From: an uncultured Actinomycetes bacterium
Lineage (GTDB): Bacteria; Actinomycetota; UBA4738; HRBIN12
Length of the DNA: 64,000 nt
Assembly (NCBI GenBank): GCA_963790335.1
Contig: CAWBOB010000007.1
Span: 65,639 to 129,638, forward strand
Reading direction: 5' to 3'
Positions 29,714 through 39,412 of this stretch are shown one piece after another (position 1 is the stretch's first letter; each line of letters begins with the position of its first letter). Below the pieces are notes generated by a model. The model saw nothing but the letters and a program-made list of their open reading frames with translations. It had not been told where the DNA came from and searched no databases. The translations under genes were made by a program, and so were the position numbers.

Positions 29714-30674
29714 TCAGCGCCGGGCGCGCTCCGGCCTGCGCCGAGGCGCCGCCCCGGGCACCTCCCCCGCCACCGAGAGGTACCGGAACGCGACGGCGGC
29801 CTGCATGGCCACGTGCATCAGGTTCGCGACGAGCACGACGACCCAGGCGGCCACGTTCGGGTTGACCCCTAGCTCGGAGCCGGGCTTGCCCGGCGCGACC
29901 AACAGCGCCACCGACCCGACGACGTAGACGGCGGCCAGCGACAGGTTCCCCGAGCCGGGAAGCCGCGCCGCCCTGACGGATCGACCCATGGCGTCGCTCA
30001 TCCGGCGTCCCTCGTCGGCGGCGATGACCAGCGCGAAGCTCAGCAGGTAGACGCCACCGACGAGGGTCGCGAGCTGGATCAGCAGCACGAACGCGGGGCC
30101 GAGCAGCGGACCCAGCAGGCTTCCGATCGTGAGCAACCCCACCCCGGCGACGTTGACCGCGAGTGCCACCGGCAGGGCTCGGAGCGCTCGGACCAGGGTC
30201 CAGCGCCCGAGCGGCGACGCCCGGAGCACTTCCACGATCGCGGCCACCAGGAGCGCCTGGATCGCGGCGCGAACGACGACGAACCCGAGGATCGCGAAGA
30301 ACCCTCCTCGAAGCCCGAACAACGCCGTCGAGAGGGTCGCATCGAAGCTCGTTCCGATCGGCGGCAGCGCCAGGGCGGTCACGAAGAGCGCGAACGGACC
30401 CTCGTAGCCAAGCGCGAGCGCCACCAGCCAGAGGGCGACCACGGTGGCCAAGGTCGCGGCGAGCACGATCGGCGTTCCCGCCACGGTCACCACGCCGCGG
30501 ACAAGCGAGGTGCGGATGCGCGGCATCGACGTGGAGCCTGCACCCCGGGGCGCGAAGATGGAGTCGAGCAGGCCGCGGCGCCTGGCGTGGCTCGGCCGCC
30601 GAGCCGTTCCCCTGGGCGGGCCGCTGGTGGGCGGTGCTCGGCCGAGCACGCTTGCCTCTGTTCTTGTTCGTCAT
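29714..30674 (-). CDS. Hypothetical multi-pass membrane protein (start 30674 with a probable frameshift, or 30526)
   Basis: About six hydrophobic helices in the 29714-30526 frame; ATG 30674 overlaps the upstream stop (ATGA). Confidence 0.65.
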
Positions 30675-32236
30675 GGGGTCGGATCCTCGTCTTCCCAGGG
30701 GTCGCGCATCGGTTCGTCACCGGCGTCCTCGTCGACGTCACCGATGACCGCGGGCCCCATGCGCTTGCCGAGCAGGAGTCCGAGGGATCCCACGACCACG
30801 ACCACCGCCGCGATCGCGAGCGCCATCGATCCCAGCATCGAACCGATCGCGAGCGTCGTCGGCGACGCTTCGGAAACGAGCATGGCGCCGGGATCGTGCT
30901 CATAGGCCTCCATCCCGTTCAGGCCTCGGGCTCGCACCACGATCAACCGATCGCCGGCCACCGCCAGCGCCCGGATCGGGGAGCCGTCGGCGAGGCGCCG
31001 CCACACGAGTTCCCCGGTCCCGATCGAGATCGCGCCGAGCTCGCCCTCGAACGTGGGCACCAGCAGGAAGTCCCCGACCACCGCCGACACGCTGCCGATC
31101 GTCGTGGAGTTCAAGGCGAAGTCCCAGCGCCGATCGCCTGAGACGGGGTCGAAGGCTCGCACGTGCCCGACCGGGTCGACCACCATCACCGCCGTCGGCG
31201 TGACGAGCGGCGGCGTGATCACGTCGAACGCCGCGTTCATCCGCGTGCTCCACAGCTCCGAGCCGTCGGCGGGATCGATGGCGACCACCGATGTCTCGGC
31301 CAGCCCCGTGAAGATGGTGAAGATGCGCTCGCCGTCGCTCGAGGCTGCCGAGACCACCGCCGAGGCAGCGGTCGGCTCGTGACGCCACCGTTCGTCGCCC
31401 GAAGCGGCGTCGAGCGAGACGACCACGGGCGAGGAGTCGCCGTCGCCCTGCAGGCTCACGAGGACCTGTCCGTCGGAGGAAGCGATCGAGGTCACGAGCG
31501 GAGCGTCGAGCGTCGTGGTCCACGCCACCGAGCCATCGGTGAGGTCGACGGCCGTGACGACACCCCCGTTGCCGCCGACGAACGCGAGATCACCCTCGAC
31601 GGTCACGCCCGTGCGGCTCACCGCATCGAGCGCCACGGCCTTCCACGGACGCTGCTGGGTCGCGACGTCGAACGCGGCGAGGTACGACGGTGCCGGATCG
31701 TCGCCTGCGTCGGAAGTGGATCCGCCGCCCGGCGTCGGCTCGGTCGAGGCGGAGGGTGTCGTCGGGGGGGAAGCGGGCTCGCCGCCCACCGCCGGTGCCT
31801 CGGGCGGTCCATCGCCCCAACCCTCGGTGTAGACGGCCAGCGGACCGCCGGCGCTCTCGGCGATCGCTGCGGCGACCGGAGGGCCGAGGTCGCGGGGCAC
31901 CGAGAACGCCTGCTCGCCCGAGGACACATCGACGCCGACGACCTGCTCGGGGCCGACCACGACCGCGATGTCACCGGCGATCACCGGCGCGGAGAGGCCG
32001 AACCGCGCATCGGGGCCACCGGGAGGGATCGGCGTGCGCCACGCGCGCCGGAAGCCGGGCTCGGGACCGCCGGACGCCACTCCGGTCTTGCCGGGGCCAC
32101 CTTGGAACTGGGTCCAGGCCACACCGGCCTGCGCCGCGGCGACGCCTGCGCCGGTCAGCGCGAGGAAGCAGGCCGTGGCGACGACCGCGCTCCCCGCTCG
32201 TCCCATGCCCGTTCGCCCCCCGCGCAGGGGCATCAT
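30671..32236 (-). CDS. PQQ-like (BamB-type) beta-propeller surface protein with signal peptide and C-terminal TM anchor
   Basis: WTQFQGGPGKTG, repeated A(F/V)D..(T/S)G...W motifs, C-terminal hydrophobic helix and acidic tail; start may be 32206. Confidence 0.8.
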   Translation of the reverse strand: MMPLRGGRTGMGRAGSAVVATACFLALTGAGVAAAQAGVAWTQFQGGPGKTGVASGGPEPGFRRAWRTPIPPGGPDARFGLSAPVIAGDIAVVVGPEQVVGVDVSSGEQAFSVPRDLGPPVAAAIAESAGGPLAVYTEGWGDGPPEAPAVGGEPASPPTTPSASTEPTPGGGSTSDAGDDPAPSYLAAFDVATQQRPWKAVALDAVSRTGVTVEGDLAFVGGNGGVVTAVDLTDGSVAWTTTLDAPLVTSIASSDGQVLVSLQGDGDSSPVVVSLDAASGDERWRHEPTAASAVVSAASSDGERIFTIFTGLAETSVVAIDPADGSELWSTRMNAAFDVITPPLVTPTAVMVVDPVGHVRAFDPVSGDRRWDFALNSTTIGSVSAVVGDFLLVPTFEGELGAISIGTGELVWRRLADGSPIRALAVAGDRLIVVRARGLNGMEAYEHDPGAMLVSEASPTTLAIGSMLGSMALAIAAVVVVVGSLGLLLGKRMGPAVIGDVDEDAGDEPMRDPWEDEDPTP

Positions 32237-32364
32237 GGAGCCACGGCTCCTGGAGTCGGGATCGCGACCGGCGTCGTCAAGGCGGCGCCATGGTAGATGG
32301 CCGGGCGTTGCTTCACTCGCGCCACGCCCGCCTCGGATCTCGATGCATGCGCCGCCGGGCGCCG

Positions 32365-32872
32365 TCAGGCGACGAGCGGCGCCAGCCTGATCAGGCCGCT
32401 CACGTCGATCGGAGCGAGGTAGTCGAGCGGGTCGACGTACGCATCATCGAGCTTCACACCCAGGTGCAGGTTGGCCACCAGGTCGCCGGTATGCCCGAGT
32501 CCGGTGCGCACGACCGGGTCGCCTTGCGCGACGAGGTCGCCGCGGCGCACGAGCAGCGCCGACACCCATGAGTAGGTCGACTCGAGTCCGGCGCCGTGAT
32601 CGATCGTGAGGAAGAGGCGCCCCCCGACGGGGCCGGCGAAGACCACGCGTCCGTCGGCCGGGGCCACGGCCACGCTTCCCGCGACGGCGGCGATGTCGAT
32701 GCCCCGGTGGCCCGAGCCGAACGGAGACGCCGGCGGGTCGAACCCACGGATCACGGGGCCGGTCACCGGCCACGTCCAGGTTCCCGCGGCGACCGCAGGC
32801 GGTGCCGTCGCCCAGGTCAGGGTGACGACGACCAACGTCATCGCGAGAGCTGGTTCGGCAGAGCTGACGCAT
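32365..32872 (-). CDS. M23-family peptidase (murein hydrolase/activator); leaderless start 32872 with a probable frameshift, in-frame ATG at 32841
   Basis: WTWPVTG, GHRGIDI, TIDHG, TYS, HLG, YVDPLDYL; TACCGT -10 lies 7 nt before ATG 32872. Confidence 0.85.
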
Positions 32873-32907
32873 GGTGCCGACGGTAGCCGAGCCCCTCGAG
32901 ACGCACC

Positions 32908-32921
32908 GTGACGCGCGTCAC
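32908..32921. promoter_or_regulatory. Perfect palindrome GTGACGCGCGTCAC (CRP-like GTGA-N6-TCAC), copy 1
   Basis: 22 nt upstream of the M23 -10 (32880-32885); extends to a 16-bp perfect palindrome (32907-32922). Confidence 0.7.
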
Positions 32922-32951
32922 GTTGGCGGCAGGATGTTCGGGCGGTACCGC

Positions 32952-33866
32952 CTACTCGACCTCGGTCAGCTGACCCCGCAGCCCGCCAACCGCCTTCGTG
33001 TGGATCTGGCAGACGCGTGACTCGGTCACACCGAGGATCTCCCCGATCTCGGCGAGCGTGAGCCCCTCGAAGTAGTAGAGCGTGACCACGATCTTCTCCC
33101 GCTCGGAGAGCTCGTTGATCGCGGCGGCAAGCAGGCTCCTCGTCTCCTGCGATTCGACGCCCGACGTGGGATCGAGGCCACGGTCGGCGAGCGTGTCGAT
33201 CAGCGACACCTGCTCACCTCGGTCGGCACCCACCGACACCAGCTCGTCGAGTGCGAGCACCGAGACGAACGAGATCTGTGAGACCACGTCGTGCAGCTCG
33301 CGGCGCGTGATGCCGAGACGCTCGGCCATCTCCTGCTCGCTCGGCTGCCGCTTCAGCATGGCTTCGAGGTCGGTGTGCGCCTTCTCGATCTCCCGAGCCT
33401 TGAACCGGATCGAGCGCGGCACCCAGTCCATGGCCCGCAGCTCATCGATGATCGCGCCCTTGATGCGTGGGATCGCATACGTCTCGAACTTGTTGCCGCG
33501 GCCGGGCTCGAACTTGGTGAGGGCATCGATCAGGCCGAACATGCCGTAGCTCACGAGGTCGGCCTGTTCGACGCTCGCCGGAAGCCCGGTCGCGACCCTG
33601 CTCGCCACGTACTTCACGAGCGGGGCGTAATGCAGGATGAGCTTCTCGCGCGACTCGTCGTCGCCCGTGCTCTTGAAACCGTGCCAGTGGCCCCCGAGCT
33701 CATCGTCGACGTGCGGTGGGACGGTGATGGTCGGGTCGAAGGACGCGGCAGCCTTGCCGCCTGCCTTGGCACCGACCTTCGCCCGGGTCTTCACGGCCGT
33801 CTTCGCGCCGGACTTCGCAGCCGGCTTGGGCGGGGCCTTGGTGGCCGTCTTCTTCGCGGTCGGCAC
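32952..33866 (-). CDS. whiG: FliA/WhiG-family (sigma-28) RNA polymerase sigma factor
   Basis: HYAPLVKYVASRV, DLVSYGMFGLIDA, FETYAIPRIKGAIIDELRAMDWVPRS, LYYFEGLTLAEIG, TESRVCQIH; xerC-whiG-rpsB synteny. Confidence 0.9.
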   Translation of the reverse strand: MPTAKKTATKAPPKPAAKSGAKTAVKTRAKVGAKAGGKAAASFDPTITVPPHVDDELGGHWHGFKSTGDDESREKLILHYAPLVKYVASRVATGLPASVEQADLVSYGMFGLIDALTKFEPGRGNKFETYAIPRIKGAIIDELRAMDWVPRSIRFKAREIEKAHTDLEAMLKRQPSEQEMAERLGITRRELHDVVSQISFVSVLALDELVSVGADRGEQVSLIDTLADRGLDPTSGVESQETRSLLAAAINELSEREKIVVTLYYFEGLTLAEIGEILGVTESRVCQIHTKAVGGLRGQLTEVE

Positions 33867-33869
33867 GAC

Positions 33870-34818
33870 TCAGGCCCTCGGGTGAGACCGCTCGTAGACC
33901 TGGAACAACCGAGCACGAGACACGTGGGTGTAGCGCTGCGTGGTCGCAACGCTGGCGTGTCCCAACAGTTCCTGTACGGCTCGGATGTCGGCTCCCCCTT
34001 CCAACAGGTGCGTGGCGAACGAGTGCCGCAGGGTGTGCGGGGTCACCCGCCGGCCCGGCAGCACTGTACCGCCATATCGTTCCACCATCGTACGGATGTC
34101 CCTCGAGCTGAAGGGTTTCTTGCGACGGTTGTGGAAGAGGTGTGCGGAGCCAACGGGAGCGAGCGTCGCACGCCCTTCACGGAGGAAGGCTCGAACGGCC
34201 TCGACCGCGTAGTCGGACATGGGCACCTCGCGCTCCTTGGCGCCCTTGCCCATCACGCTCACCCGGCCCCGGTCGAGATCGACGCGGTCGACGCGTGAGG
34301 CTCGCGACCTCGCCCACGCGCAGGCCCGAGCCGTACATGAGCTCGAGCGCGGCGACGTCACGCAGGGCGATCGCGCGGTCGACCGGCGTGGGCTCGGCAT
34401 CGGGGTCGCGGTCGACACCTGACGGGGCCTCGGCCAGCGCGGCAGCTTCCTGCTGGCGGAGCACGGTCGGAAGGCGGTTCACGACCTTCGGGCGCCCGAG
34501 CAACAGCGACGGATCCTCGATGACTCGGCCGTCGGCGAGCGCCCATCGGTAGAACGTGTGGATCGTGCCCACCCGGCGCGCGATCGACGCGCGCGCGTAT
34601 CCGAGCGTGTGCTGCTGTGCGAGGAAGCGTCGCAGCAGCGGATAGCGCACGTCGGCGAGGGAGGTGCCGCCCCGGTGCAGGAACGTGGCGAGCTGCGTCA
34701 GATCTCGCCGGTACGCGTCGACCGTGTGCCGCGACAGGTGGCGCTCGAGCGTGAGATGCGCCGTGAACGCGTCGATCAGCGTACGGTCGGCCCGGGGAAG
34801 CTCGTCGGCGGAAGGCAC
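33870..34818 (-). CDS. xerC: Tyrosine recombinase XerC (frameshift near 34295)
   Basis: [55 protein letters not shown]; follows dprA. Confidence 0.9.
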
Positions 34819-34853
34819 GTGGAGAGCTTGCCACGGCGCCGCACCCTCGACGG

Positions 34854-36051
34854 TCAGCCGGCGCCGGAAACCGATGCGGCGCCGGCTGCTGACGTCACCC
34901 GGCGCTCGTACCGCCCTCCCACGCTCCGCACGAGCCCCTTGAGCTCGAGCGAGAGCAGCGCGGTGGTGACCGCGGGCGGCGCCAGGGTGGTCGAGACCGA
35001 GATCGCATCGGGAAGCCCCGACGCTCCCAGGGCCTCGTAGACCCGACGCTCGTCGCCCGACAGGTTCGGGGGCGGCTCGAGCCGCAGCCGCTCCGTGTAA
35101 CCGAGGTCGTCGAGCAGGTCGTCGGCGCCACGGATCATCGTCGCGCCATCACGGATCAGCGCGAGCGGGATCTCTGCGAGCGGGCTCGTGACCTGGCCGG
35201 GCACGGCGAACACGTCACGGCCCAGATCGAGCGCGTGGTCGACCGAGATCATCGATCCGCTGCCGTGGGCCCCCTCGACCACCACGAGCGCACGCCCCAG
35301 GGCGGCGACGAGGCGGTTCCGCGCCGGGAACCGGAACGCCTCGGCCGCGACGCCCGGCGCGTACTCGCTCACGACCGCACCCGCCGCAGCGATGCGCGCG
35401 ACCAGCTCGGAGCTTCCTTTCGGGTACGGCAGATCGTGACCCGACCCGAGCACGGCGATGCTCGTGCCACCCGAGGCCAGCGCGCCACGGTGCGAAGCGG
35501 CGTCGATGCCCCTGGCAGCCCCGCTCACCACGCACACCCCCACGCCACCGAGCCCGGCGCCGACGCTCATCGCCACCTCGTTGCCGGTCGGCGAGCAGTT
35601 GCGCGCGCCCACGACGGAGACCCGCTCGGGCAGCTCGGTCAGCGGCGTTCCCGAGACGTAGAGCCCGACGGGAGGATCGTGCAGCAGCTCGAGGAACACG
35701 GGCAGATACTCGTCGTCGGCCGGCGTCACGAACCGCACCCCCAACGCCGACGCCTCGCGCTCCACACCCGCCGCATCGAGCGTCTCGGGCCCAGACCCGG
35801 TCGGCCTCGCTGCCCGCGGCGCCCGCCCGTATCGCGGCGAGGCTCGCCTCGGCGGTGCCTTCGCTCCACGCGAGCTCGTGGAGCTGGAAGGGCTTCATGC
35901 CCCGCAGGGCGGAGAGCACCAGCAGGGCTTCGCGCGCGCCCTCGCCGCTCGCGTACCCGTCGGGGAACCCCGGCGGCACGTCGAGGGCTCGCCTCGGCAC
36001 GTCGCCCCGCCGTGGTCGGCGTGCGCCGGGTGCCGGCGCTTCAACCGACAC
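34854..36051 (-). CDS. dprA: DNA-processing protein DprA (frameshift near 35790)
   Basis: VVGARNCS, VVSGAARGIDAASH, VSEYAPG, FPARNRLVA, VVEGAHGSGS, VFAVPG; the N-terminus is in the frame starting GTG 36051. Confidence 0.93.
34855..34888 (-). terminator. 12-bp stem hairpin at the dprA 3' end (possible terminator of comM-dprA)
   Basis: CAGCCGGCGCCG (34855-34866) / CGGCGCCGGCTG (34877-34888); no clear U-tract. Confidence 0.45.
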
Positions 36052-37576
36052 GGGTGAGACCCTCCATCACCACGCCGTCGCGGTAGGAGAGCGCCTCGGA
36101 GACGTGTGCGCTGTCGACCACGTCGGCGCCGTCGAGGTCGGCGACCGTGCGAGCGACCTTGATCGCGCGGTCGAAGCCGCGCCCGGTGAGCCCGAACCGG
36201 TCCACCGCCCCGCCCAACAGCCCCTCGGCCGACCGTGTGAGCCGCACCAGCCGCCGCGCGATCGGCCCCGGCAGGTATGCGTTGCAGGCCACACCGTACT
36301 CCGCCCATCTCGCGCGCTGGCGGTCGCGCGCCCGCTGCACACGGTCGCGGATCACGATGGATGGCTCGCCCTGACCGCCTCCCATGAGCTCCTGCTTCGT
36401 GAGACGCGGAACCCGCAGGCGCAGGTCGATGCGGTCGAGGAGCGGCCCCGAGAGCTTCTGCCGGTACTGGTCGACCCGATCGGACCGGCAGCGGCAGTGC
36501 CGCCGCGGGTCGCCCTCGAACCCGCACGGGCACGGGTTCGCGGCGGCGACCAGCGTGAACCGCGCCGGGAAGGCGACCGAGCCGACGGCCCGGGTCACGA
36601 CCACCCCGCCATCCTCGAGCGGCTGGCGGAGCCCTTCGATCGCGTCGCGCCGGAACTCGGTGAGCTCGTCGAGGAACAGCACCCCGTGGTGGGCGAGCGA
36701 GACCTCGCCCGGACGCAGGTAGCCCGTGCCGCCCCCGAGCAGCCCGGTCAGGGAGATCGAATGGTGCGGTGCGCGGAACGGCCGGGCACGCAGCACGCCG
36801 CGCCCCGCGAGCAGCCCGGCGACCGAGTGCAGCTGGGTCGCCTCGAGCGCCTCGTCGCGCGAGAGGCTCGGCAGGATCGTCGTCATGCGCCGAGCGAGCA
36901 TCGTCTTGCCCGCGCCGGGCGAGCCGACCATCAGCACGTTGTGGCCACCAGCTGCGGCGACCTCGAGGGCTCGTCGGGCCTGCGTCTGCCCGCGCACGTC
37001 ACTGAAGTCCACGTCGCTCGGCGCGTCGGCCTCGAGCGATGCTTCGCCGATCTCGGGCGGCTGCCAGGTTCCCTTCAGGAAGCCGACCACCTCGGCGAGC
37101 GTCGAGACCGCGACGACGCGCAGCCGATCGACCTGGGCCGCCTCGAGCGCGTTCACCGCAGGCACGATCACCCCGTCGAGCTTCGCGCGCGCTGCGGCGA
37201 TCGCCACCGAGAGCACGCCGGGCGTCGGCATGAGCTCGCCCTTGAGCGAGAGCTCGCCGGCGAGCGCGAACCTGCCGAGCAGGGTCACGGGAAGCTGCGC
37301 GGTCGCCGCCAGCACGCCGGTGGCGACGGGAAGGTCGAGTCCCGGACCTTCCTTGCGGAGGTTGCCGGGCGCGAGGTTGACGACCACCCGGCGCAGCGGC
37401 CACTCGAGCTTCTGGCTCTCGACCGCCGGCCGGATGCGCTCACACGCGTCGCGCACCGCGGCCCCCGGGAGCCCGGTGAGCGTGAGCGAGGGAAGCCCCC
37501 GACCCACGTGCGCTTCCACGGTCACGAGGTGTCCACCCACCCCGAGCACCGAGACGCCGAGCACCCGTCCGTACAT
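36041..37576 (-). CDS. comM: ComM/YifB Mg-chelatase-like AAA+ helicase
   Basis: NLAPGNLRKEGPGLDL, GHNVLMVGSPGAGKT, PFRAPHH, PGEVSLAHHGVLFLDE, NPCPCG, SGPLLDRID. Confidence 0.95.
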   Translation of the reverse strand: MYGRVLGVSVLGVGGHLVTVEAHVGRGLPSLTLTGLPGAAVRDACERIRPAVESQKLEWPLRRVVVNLAPGNLRKEGPGLDLPVATGVLAATAQLPVTLLGRFALAGELSLKGELMPTPGVLSVAIAAARAKLDGVIVPAVNALEAAQVDRLRVVAVSTLAEVVGFLKGTWQPPEIGEASLEADAPSDVDFSDVRGQTQARRALEVAAAGGHNVLMVGSPGAGKTMLARRMTTILPSLSRDEALEATQLHSVAGLLAGRGVLRARPFRAPHHSISLTGLLGGGTGYLRPGEVSLAHHGVLFLDELTEFRRDAIEGLRQPLEDGGVVVTRAVGSVAFPARFTLVAAANPCPCGFEGDPRRHCRCRSDRVDQYRQKLSGPLLDRIDLRLRVPRLTKQELMGGGQGEPSIVIRDRVQRARDRQRARWAEYGVACNAYLPGPIARRLVRLTRSAEGLLGGAVDRFGLTGRGFDRAIKVARTVADLDGADVVDSAHVSEALSYRDGVVMEGLTRVG

Positions 37577-37613
37577 CGCCGGTGACGCTAGAGCCGCGAG
37601 GCCGGCGCGTTCG

Positions 37614-37627
37614 GTGACGCGCGTCAC
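37614..37627. promoter_or_regulatory. Perfect palindrome GTGACGCGCGTCAC, copy 2, in the comM/decarboxylase divergent promoter
   Basis: Identical to 32908-32921; 23 nt upstream of the comM -10 TAGCGT (37585-37590). Confidence 0.7.
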
Positions 37628-37669
37628 GTCCGGCGCGAGGTCGCCGGCGTCGCTGCTAGCCTCGCCGCC

Positions 37670-39205
37670 GTGTCAGAGCGCTTCGACTGGAGCCCCGAGC
37701 CCGAGCTGATCGACGTGCGCGACGAGGCGCGCAGCCGCCCCGCGCTCGAGGCGCTCGGCGAGCAGACCTGGCGCGAGGCGCTCGACTGGCTCTACGGCGA
37801 GGCCATGCGCCGCCCGATCCTCGTGCGCACCTACCCCGAGGCACGCACGGCGTTCTTCGGCGCGAGCAACGGTCCAGCTGCGGCGCCGGCATCCCCGACG
37901 ACATGGACCGAGGTGCTCGCCGAGTTCCGGGAGCGGGTCGCACCCGCCACCTACAACGCGCAGCATCCGGGCTCGTTCAGCTACTTCACCCCTCCCCCGC
38001 TGCCGAGCTCGATCGCCGGCGACGTGCTGGCGCAATGGCTCCACCAGGGTGTCGACGTTTGGCACGCGGGTCCGATCGGCACCTTCGTCGAGGAAGAGGT
38101 CACCGCCTGGCTCCGCGACCTCGTGGGGTTCGGCCCCGACGGCTGGGGTGTGCTCACGAGCGGCGGGGTCATGGCCAACGTCATGGCGATGACGGTCGCC
38201 AGAGACGTCTGGCTCGCGAAGCTCCGCGGCATCGCCGGCGCCCCGCGCGGCGCCGACCTCGAGGGCGTACGGGTCTACGCGAGCGACCAGACGCACTTCT
38301 CGATCGCCCGCGCTCTCGGGGTGCTCGGCTTCCCTCGGGAGACGCTCGTCGTGATCGAAAGCGACGAGCGGTTCCGGCTCCAGCCAACGCCCGTGGCGGA
38401 GGCGATCGAGCGCGACCGTGCGGCCGGGCTGACGCCCCTCGCGATCGCGGGCGTCGCGGGGTCGACGAACACGGGCTCGGTCGACGACACGGTGGGGCTC
38501 GCCGACGTGGCCGAACGGGAAGGCGTGTGGCTGCACGTCGACGCCGCCTACGGGGGGGCAGCCCGGCTCTCGACCCGCGACGGTCACCGGGTGCCGGGAC
38601 TCGAGCGTGCCGACAGCGTCACGATCGACCCGCACAAGTGGTTCTTCCAGGCCTACGACATCGGGGCGCTGGTGGTGCGCCGGCGCGAGGACCTGCTGAG
38701 CACCTTCCACTCGTCGCCCGAGTACTACGCGTCGAGCCGTCCCGAGGACGAGCCGCTCAACTGGTACCAGTACTCGCTCGAGGGCACGCGCCGCTTCCGC
38801 GCCCTCAAGCTCTGGATGAGCTGGAAGCAGGTCGGCTCCGCGGGCTTCGGCGCCCTGATCGAGCAGAACGACGACCTGGCCGCCTACCTCGCCGGCCGCT
38901 GTCGCGACGAGCCCGACCTCGAGGCGGTGCCCGCCGAGCCCGAGCTGAGCATCGTCTGCTTCCGGCACCTGCCGTCGGGGTGCGAGCAGTGGCCAGCCGA
39001 GGTGCTCGACGACTACCAGGCTCGCCTGCAGCGGGCCCTCGAGATCAGCGGGGAAGCCTGGGTGAGCGTGACCACGCTGCGCGGCCGTACGTTCCTGCGA
39101 GCAGGCGTCGTGAACTACCTGTCGACCGAAGACGACGTCGACCTCATGATCGACACCCTTCGGAAGCTGTCAGGCGACGTGATCCGAGCGCTCGACCTCG
39201 GCTGA
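37670..39205 (+). CDS. PLP-dependent group II decarboxylase (aromatic amino acid / diaminobutyrate decarboxylase family)
   Basis: QHPGSFSYF, SGGVMAN, SDQTHFS, GSTNTGSVD, WLHVDAAYGG, DPHKW (PLP Lys), RRFRALKLW; leaderless TGC-TAGCCT promoter. Confidence 0.92.
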   Translation: MSERFDWSPEPELIDVRDEARSRPALEALGEQTWREALDWLYGEAMRRPILVRTYPEARTAFFGASNGPAAAPASPTTWTEVLAEFRERVAPATYNAQHPGSFSYFTPPPLPSSIAGDVLAQWLHQGVDVWHAGPIGTFVEEEVTAWLRDLVGFGPDGWGVLTSGGVMANVMAMTVARDVWLAKLRGIAGAPRGADLEGVRVYASDQTHFSIARALGVLGFPRETLVVIESDERFRLQPTPVAEAIERDRAAGLTPLAIAGVAGSTNTGSVDDTVGLADVAEREGVWLHVDAAYGGAARLSTRDGHRVPGLERADSVTIDPHKWFFQAYDIGALVVRRREDLLSTFHSSPEYYASSRPEDEPLNWYQYSLEGTRRFRALKLWMSWKQVGSAGFGALIEQNDDLAAYLAGRCRDEPDLEAVPAEPELSIVCFRHLPSGCEQWPAEVLDDYQARLQRALEISGEAWVSVTTLRGRTFLRAGVVNYLSTEDDVDLMIDTLRKLSGDVIRALDLG

Positions 39206-39412
39206 CCGCCGATCGGGCCGCCGCGTCAGTGGGACCGCCGGCTCGCGCCGACGAGCGCGTTCGGGCTCGCGGGCGACGACGTTCGACTGGAGCGCGAGGA
39301 TGTCGATACCCTCGATCGGCTTGCCCTCGACGCGCTGGCGCAGCCCGGAGTTGTCCCACGGCCGCTCCACGGGTCGCGGCTCCTCGGCTTCGGCACGCCG
39401 GTCGCTCCTCAT
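39170..39412 (-). CDS. Small hypothetical protein (MRSDRRAEAEEPRPVERPWDNSGLRQRVEGKPIEGIDIL...)
   Basis: Strong GC3 bias over about 60 codons; TACCAT -10 lies 8 nt before the ATG; 3' end uncertain (overlaps the decarboxylase end). Confidence 0.55.
   Translation of the reverse strand: MRSDRRAEAEEPRPVERPWDNSGLRQRVEGKPIEGIDILALQSNVVAREPERARRREPAVPLTRRPDRRSAEVERSDHVA

Noticed and set aside
33870-34818. Tyrosine recombinase as a sign of a prophage or integrative element
   Set aside because: It is the housekeeping XerC in the conserved dprA-xerC-whiG-rpsB context; there are no att sites, phage genes or composition shift.
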